Below, in pieces: positions 58,263 through 64,000 of a stretch of 64,000 nucleotides of DNA (position 1 is the stretch's first letter; every line of letters starts with the position of its first letter). The position numbers were made by a program, and so were the translations under genes. The stretch spans positions 38,874,001 through 38,938,000 of the forward strand of contig OX597823.1 in the NCBI GenBank assembly GCA_951406725.2, written 5' to 3'. The DNA is from Octopus vulgaris. Taxonomy: Eukaryota. A model generated the notes under the pieces. The model was given only the letters and a program-made list of their open reading frames with translations, ran no database searches and was not told the origin of the DNA.

Positions 58263-58617
58263 CAATAACCTTGTTTTTGCTGTTGTTATTTTTTCATTTC
58301 TAGCAAGCACCCAATTATTTTGCTTATGTAGTTGTTCAGCTCCGGTTCAGTTCTGACAGAACTGGTCTATGGTAAAAGGCAATCTGGCCACGATTTCAGG
58401 AAGACTTGGCTTCGAACATGAAGAAATTCCTTACAAGCCATTGGGTCATAGGGGCATAACTAAAGGCTTCAATTTATCTCATGTTCTAAGTCAGCTTCAT
58501 ATAATTTTATCAGCTTAACTCACCTTTTATGCTGTATACATATTAAGATATAATCTATTGTAGTGAGCAAATCATCCATTAAACCCAGCATGGGAAACAA
58601 ACAAAAAATAATGATGC

Positions 58618-59290
58618 TTATGAATGTGGATTTGGTAGGCGGGAACTCAAAGAAGGCCATCATAGAAGATATATATATATATGTATGTATTTGTGTGTCT
58701 GTGTTTGCCCCCACCCTCCTCGATCACTTGACAAGCAATGTTGGTGTGTTTACGTTCCTTTAACTTAGTGGTTTGGTAAAAAAGACCAAAAGAATAAGTA
58801 CTAGACTTATAAAGAATAAGTCCTGGGATTGATTTGTTCAACTAAAGGTGGTGCTCCAACATGGCCATAGTCAAATGACTGAAACAAGTAAAAGATAGAG
58901 GATATATATATCCTCTATATTTTACTTGTTTCAGTCATTTGACTACGGCCATGTTGGGGTGCTGCCATGAAGAATTTTAGTTGAATGAATCTTTTTAAGC
59001 CTGCTGCTTATTCTATCAGTCTCTTTTACTGAACTGCTAAGTTATGGAGACATAAACACACAACACTAGTTGTCAAGTGGTAGTGGGGGACAAGCACAGA
59101 CACAAAAACACTCATGTGTAAATATATATGAGAGGCTTCTTTCAGTTTCTGTCTAATAAATCCACTCACAAGTCTTTGGTTGACCCAAGGCTACAGTAGA
59201 AGACACTTGCCCAAGGTGCCATGGAGTGGAAGTGGACACAGAACCGTGTGGTTGGGAAGCAAACTTCTTACCACACATCCACACCTGCAC
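58618..59290. mobile_element. tail-to-tail pair of family-B SINEs (58618-58895 +, 58920-59290 -)
   Basis: Both carry tail T1 and meet in a palindrome. Confidence 0.85.
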
Positions 59291-59509
59291 CTATATATAT
59301 ATATGTGCGTATAAATTATAGAAAGCGAGAGACAGAGAGATATCACCTTTGCCACCAACACTTCCAGGTTGTCTCAGTTTAAGTTTTAGGATGCCGAGGA
59401 TTGGTGAACATGGGCCAACGTTTACCAAAGCCTTGTGATAAGTGAAAGAAGCCCAAAGTGGTGTTTGGTTGTATCTCTTTGGTTTGTCTTCATCCACATG
59501 TAAAGAAAC

Positions 59510-59705
59510 ATCACCATCACACAAGTGATGGTGGTCTCTAACCATTATGCTGTTTATATTTGAAGGATCAGAGGAAATATCAGCTTACTTGGAAACAAGT
59601 GAGGTTTGGTAAGAGAAAGAGCATCCAGTCAGAGAAAGCCTGCCTAAATGAATTATGTCTGACCTATGCAATCATGGAAAAGTGGATGTTGAAATGATAA
59701 TGATG
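59510..59705 (+). mobile_element. RTE-like SINE tail
   Basis: cttggaaacaagtgagg..gcatccag..catggaaaagtggatgttgaaatgat. Confidence 0.65.
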
Positions 59706-60189
59706 TACTTTGAATGAAGTATTGAAGCTGCATGCCTGGCCTTGATGTGTGTCTCCTTAGCCAAAACAATTCTGCCACACCGATGAATCTAACAAGAGCA
59801 CAGGTCTCTTGTTTATAGAAATCACCAAACAAATTATTTACTGATGCATGTTTTGTCTACCAAACAGATAATAATTCATGCAGAACAGTAAGAATCCAAG
59901 GTTTGACCGAGAAGACATACAATAATGTCAAAACACTTCAGTGTCCTAAAGTCCCCTACACCAATAAATTGTATGTGTTATGAATGCATTATCATCTAAA
60001 AGGAAGCAGTTTTCTCTGATGATAAAAAAAAAACAACAGCAATTAAATATTCACATTTGAATCTGTCAATAAATATTAAGAACAGATAGGTACAGTTTTT
60101 AAATTCTTGCTCTCTTGTGTGCATTCCATGAATTATTATTATAAGTTTGATGAACATTAAAAGGAAAGAAAAATCAGCTCAGAACATGT

Positions 60190-60450
60190 CCATGGCTGGA
60201 CATCTTTCCACAGAAGATCAAAATGACACTGATGTTCACATACAATTATCACATGAAGTTGAGACAAGGAGACACAAAGCCACACATGACGGAGCTCTTA
60301 CAGTGTTCTTCTACAACCAAATCTACTCAGTACTTTGTTTAGCCCCAGGGCTATAGTGGAAGACACTTATTTCTAAGGTACCACGCAGTGGAACTGAATC
60401 CAAAAGCATGTGGCTAGGAAGCACACATTTTAACCAGACACTTATGCCAG
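60190..60450 (-). mobile_element. composite SINE remnant
   Basis: Family-B head (ctatagtggaagacactt..aggtaccacgcagtggaactgaa) plus part of the tail. Confidence 0.6.
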
Positions 60451-61472
60451 TAAATAACTAGAAATAGTATTTAAAAGTTTAACCAACTGACTATGAAAAC
60501 CTAAAATAACTGGAGAAGATAAATGTTTCTCAGTATCAAGGTGAGATAAAAATATGCGATAAGCTTACATGAAACTTCAGAGGTTAACGAGGAACTGGCT
60601 GGAAAAGTGTAAGGTTTGAGACTATTAAGTAACAACTTTAAAAGATATTAGTTTCTGAATTCTAAACTTAGCAAAATTGGATGTGGTCTTAAAGTCAGAC
60701 TAGCAGCAAATTTTTAGAAAGCCAAAACTGAGAAAAAAATACACAAATATGAAATTCAATTAGTTCTAGATATATTATCTTCCATTCAAATTAAGCAAAA
60801 AAAAAAAGCCCCTCTCAAACAATAAAAAAATAAGAGGTGATATTTCTTTGATAAACAGAATGTAACTACTATAGGAACATTGGTGATCATAGCCTTGTCA
60901 CATTTCCAAAACTGCTTTTAGAGAATATCACCTTTAACAAATAAACAGAAAAGCAAAAACAAATTGGCTTTTAGTCTAACATAACCAAACATAAATAATG
61001 CAGAACACACACACACACAGACTTTCTCTCTATTAAAAAAAAAATTAAATGTAAGATTTAGAGTGAAATGTTTTATTTTTCAGAATTATCAGATTTAACA
61101 TTTTAAAGTGATAACACAGAGGTTTATTATAAAGGAGAATTACATCAGTGAAAATAGTGGCTTCAGTCATTGAAATGCAGCCAAGTTAGAACATTGGTTT
61201 AAAGTTTCTGAAGTTGATCATATCAACTTCTGAGTTTATTTCAGTTTAATATTGAGTTTAACAATATTTATCAAATGGCAAAGTAATGTTTGATTCAATG
61301 GGATACAATACTGGTTTACACAGGTAAACATAGTCACACACACATTCATGTATGTGTATATTGTTCCTTTTATACCTGTTTTCCCTATTCTGGCAAGAGT
61401 TAGAAAAACATACATGCATACATTCATTACATACATATATACATTATATATGCACATAAATACAACCATATA

Positions 61473-62615
61473 TACGATGGGCTTTGTACTTTCTATAAAC
61501 CAAATTCACTTGCAAGGCTTGGTTTGCCCAAGTCTATCATAGACAACACTTCCCCAAGGTACTGTACAGTGACACTGAACTTGAAACCATGTTGCTGTAA
61601 AGCAGGCTCATTAAACACAGCCATGCTACATATGCACAACAGGCTTCTATGCAGTTTCCATCTACCAAATTCCACATGTGTGGCATTGATCAACCCAAAG
61701 GCTACAGTAAATGTCTGCACAATGTGTCATATACTTGGCAACCCCACTGGTGCTGATGTTGGTGCTATGTAAAAAGTATTTGTGCTAGCACCACATAAAA
61801 AGTATCTGTGCTGGTACCACATAAAAAGCACCAGTATATTCTAGTTTCCAGCCATAGAAACCAACTGGAGCTTGGTACAGCTCTCTGACTTCCCAGCTCC
61901 CATCAAACCATGCCAGCTTCGAAAATGAATATTAAATGATGAAATATATATATATATATATAAGCACAGGCATAGATGTGTGGAAAGAAGCTTGCCTCCC
62001 AACCACATGGTTCCAGGTTCAGTCCCACTGCATGACACCTTGGGCAAGTGTCCTCTACTATAGCATAGGGCTGTCCAAAGCATTGTGAGCAGATTTGTAG
62101 AAGGAAACTGAAAGAAGCCTGTTGTGTGTGTCTGTCCCCCACCATTGTTTAACAGCTGATGTTGGTGTGTTTACATCACTGTAAACTAAGCTTACAAAGA
62201 ATAAGTCCTGAGGTCAATTTCTTTGACCAAAACCCTTTAAGGCAATGCACCAGAATGGCCACAGTCAGATGGCCAAAACAAGTAGAAGAATAAAAGAATA
62301 CTAGAATGTGTGTGTGTGTGCACATACACACATGCATTGTATGTATGTGTATTTGTATGTATATATGTATGTGTTTGTGCGTACTGTTGACAAGACATCA
62401 TGTGATGGTTGTAAATGAGCATCATCTCATCATGCAGGCAAGATTGTTTGTTTCCATTCTTCCATGATAAACATGTCCAGCCAAGGGAAAATATTATCTT
62501 GCTTGTTAACAGGTGAGGGTTAGTGGTAGGAAAGGTATCCATCCATAAAAAAATCTACCCCAACCAACTCCATTTGACCCATGCAAGCATAGAAAAGTGG
62601 ATATTAAATGATGAT
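61473..62615. mobile_element. cluster: two B heads (-), RTE tail (61740-61942 +), B SINE (61964-62295 +), RTE-like tail (62385-62615 +)
   Basis: Family motifs as elsewhere in the window. Confidence 0.75.
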
Positions 62616-63365
62616 GATAATGAGGATAATGATGTAAAAATTTAGAAATGAACAATTGGTGACTCAGTTTGTTAAGTTCTTCCCATCTTTGTTCAATAAA
62701 ACCATCTCTTTTTACTTCTTTTTACTTTTTCTTTTGAAATGTGCTTGTTCTAGGGTTGCACACCAAAAAGAATCCATGTTGTTGATATGTAAATACGACC
62801 ATAAACTACTCATTTATAATATGTGAAAATGACCGTAAACTAGACATTTATGATATGTTGGAAAGAAAAATCAATGTCAATGTTAAAGACAATAAACCTC
62901 TTTATTTTATCGCAGTTAGATTTTTTTATTTTCCAACTACAAATGGATAAATCAGACATTGAATAAAAAATAAATATTTCTATTTTCCAAACATAATACT
63001 TCACACAAATATACAAAGTAAATGCTGAAGTGAATAATAATAAAATGTGATGTGAGAGCCCAGTGGGAATTGAACCCATGTCTCCTTTATTTATGAACTT
63101 TTATACCATTTGTTGTAACAAAAGAAACAGGATTTTATTCCAGTGAGATCCCAGATTTTATTAGCATTCACATTTGCTTTGTGTATCTGTACAAAACAAC
63201 ATTTATAAAAGTGTAAATACATATTTTTTGAAGATCACTATAAAGTCATTTTCACAGTTCTTCGTTTGTTGGACATTCAGATTTTCTCTAAAGTTTATAA
63301 ACTTAAAATTGTCTTAGAACAAGGCAAAAAGCAAATATTTTCTAATACAGAATTAATATATTACT

Positions 63366-63403
<38 letters not shown>

Positions 63404-63439
63404 TGATAATAATGATAATAATAACAACAACAACAGTAA

Positions 63440-63655
63440 TGGTTTCAAATTTTGGCACAAGACCAGCAATTTCAGGGAGGGGGTAAGTCAATGAAATCGA
63501 CCTCAGTGCTCAACTGGTATTTATTTTATCAACCTCGAAAGGATGAAAAATGAAGTCAACCTCGGCAGAATTTGAACTCAGAATGTAAAGACAGACAAAA
63601 TACCACTGAAGCACTCTGCCAGGCATGCCAACAATTCTGCCAGCTCGTTGCCTTT
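63440..63655 (-). mobile_element. family-A SINE
   Basis: tttggcacaagaccagcaatt..ggatgaaa..gaatttgaactcagaatg..aattctgccagctc. Confidence 0.85.
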
Positions 63656-64000
63656 TCTTTAATATTGGTTTCAATATTAAACCAGCCAGATCTGGCCTCT
63701 CACACCTTCTCTACAACATCATTCCAAAAAATAAACAATCGCATCATCAAAATCTCAAAGCTAATGGGTTAATCACCATCAGAAGAAAAGCTTGCAAGAC
63801 TATTGAATAGCTCCTGTAAAGTAGCTCTGATATTTATTTCACACAAACACACAAATATTTAATTATCTTATGAACTTCATTAGCTTACAGCTGTTTCTGC
63901 TTTAAGATACAATGGACTCATAGTTCTGTGCCTGGATAACACCTTATAGATTCGTTGAAGCCTTAAATATGAAGTGCAGTTTATTTGGGAAAGAATTACA

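Noticed and set aside
61740-61840. Regularly spaced short repeats superficially like a CRISPR array
   Set aside because: Decayed RTE 3' UTR units without unique spacers; eukaryotic context with no cas genes.
63055-63085. B-box-like ggttcaattcc on the minus strand suggesting a tRNA
   Set aside because: No cloverleaf or A-box; probably a SINE or tRNA-like remnant. All other A/B boxes belong to SINE heads.
63855-64000. Possible Penelope-like terminus (gaaacagctgtaag on the minus strand)
   Set aside because: Too short and truncated by the window edge.

Overview
AT-rich, repeat-saturated metazoan DNA, most likely from an octopus (inferred from the tRNA-derived SINE families, the RTE tails ending in (GAT)n and the very high microsatellite density). 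I cannot identify a host protein-coding gene, rRNA, true tRNA or CRISPR array, so the window reads as intronic or intergenic. Almost all ORF-track entries are microsatellite or low-complexity read-throughs. Recognisable content: (1) dozens of SINE copies in several families; (2) remnants of several non-LTR retrotransposon types (RTE, two CR1/L2-group types, Tx1/L1, R4/Dong-type RLE); (3) a decayed Tc1/mariner transposase; (4) five copies of a TTAA-flanked piggyBac-like MITE; (5) a ~3.3 kb (TA)n array at 32.9-36.2 kb holding two young 5'-truncated LINE ends. The least ordinary structures are three local inverted duplications or palindromes, one of which preserves the empty site of a 40-bp RTE insertion; a SINE head found with two alternative 3' tails; and an apparent preference of the RTE family for (TA)n targets. 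Some of these carry signatures of assembly or polishing error and need read-level checks. Coordinates of degenerate repeats are approximate, and all identities were estimated by eye.
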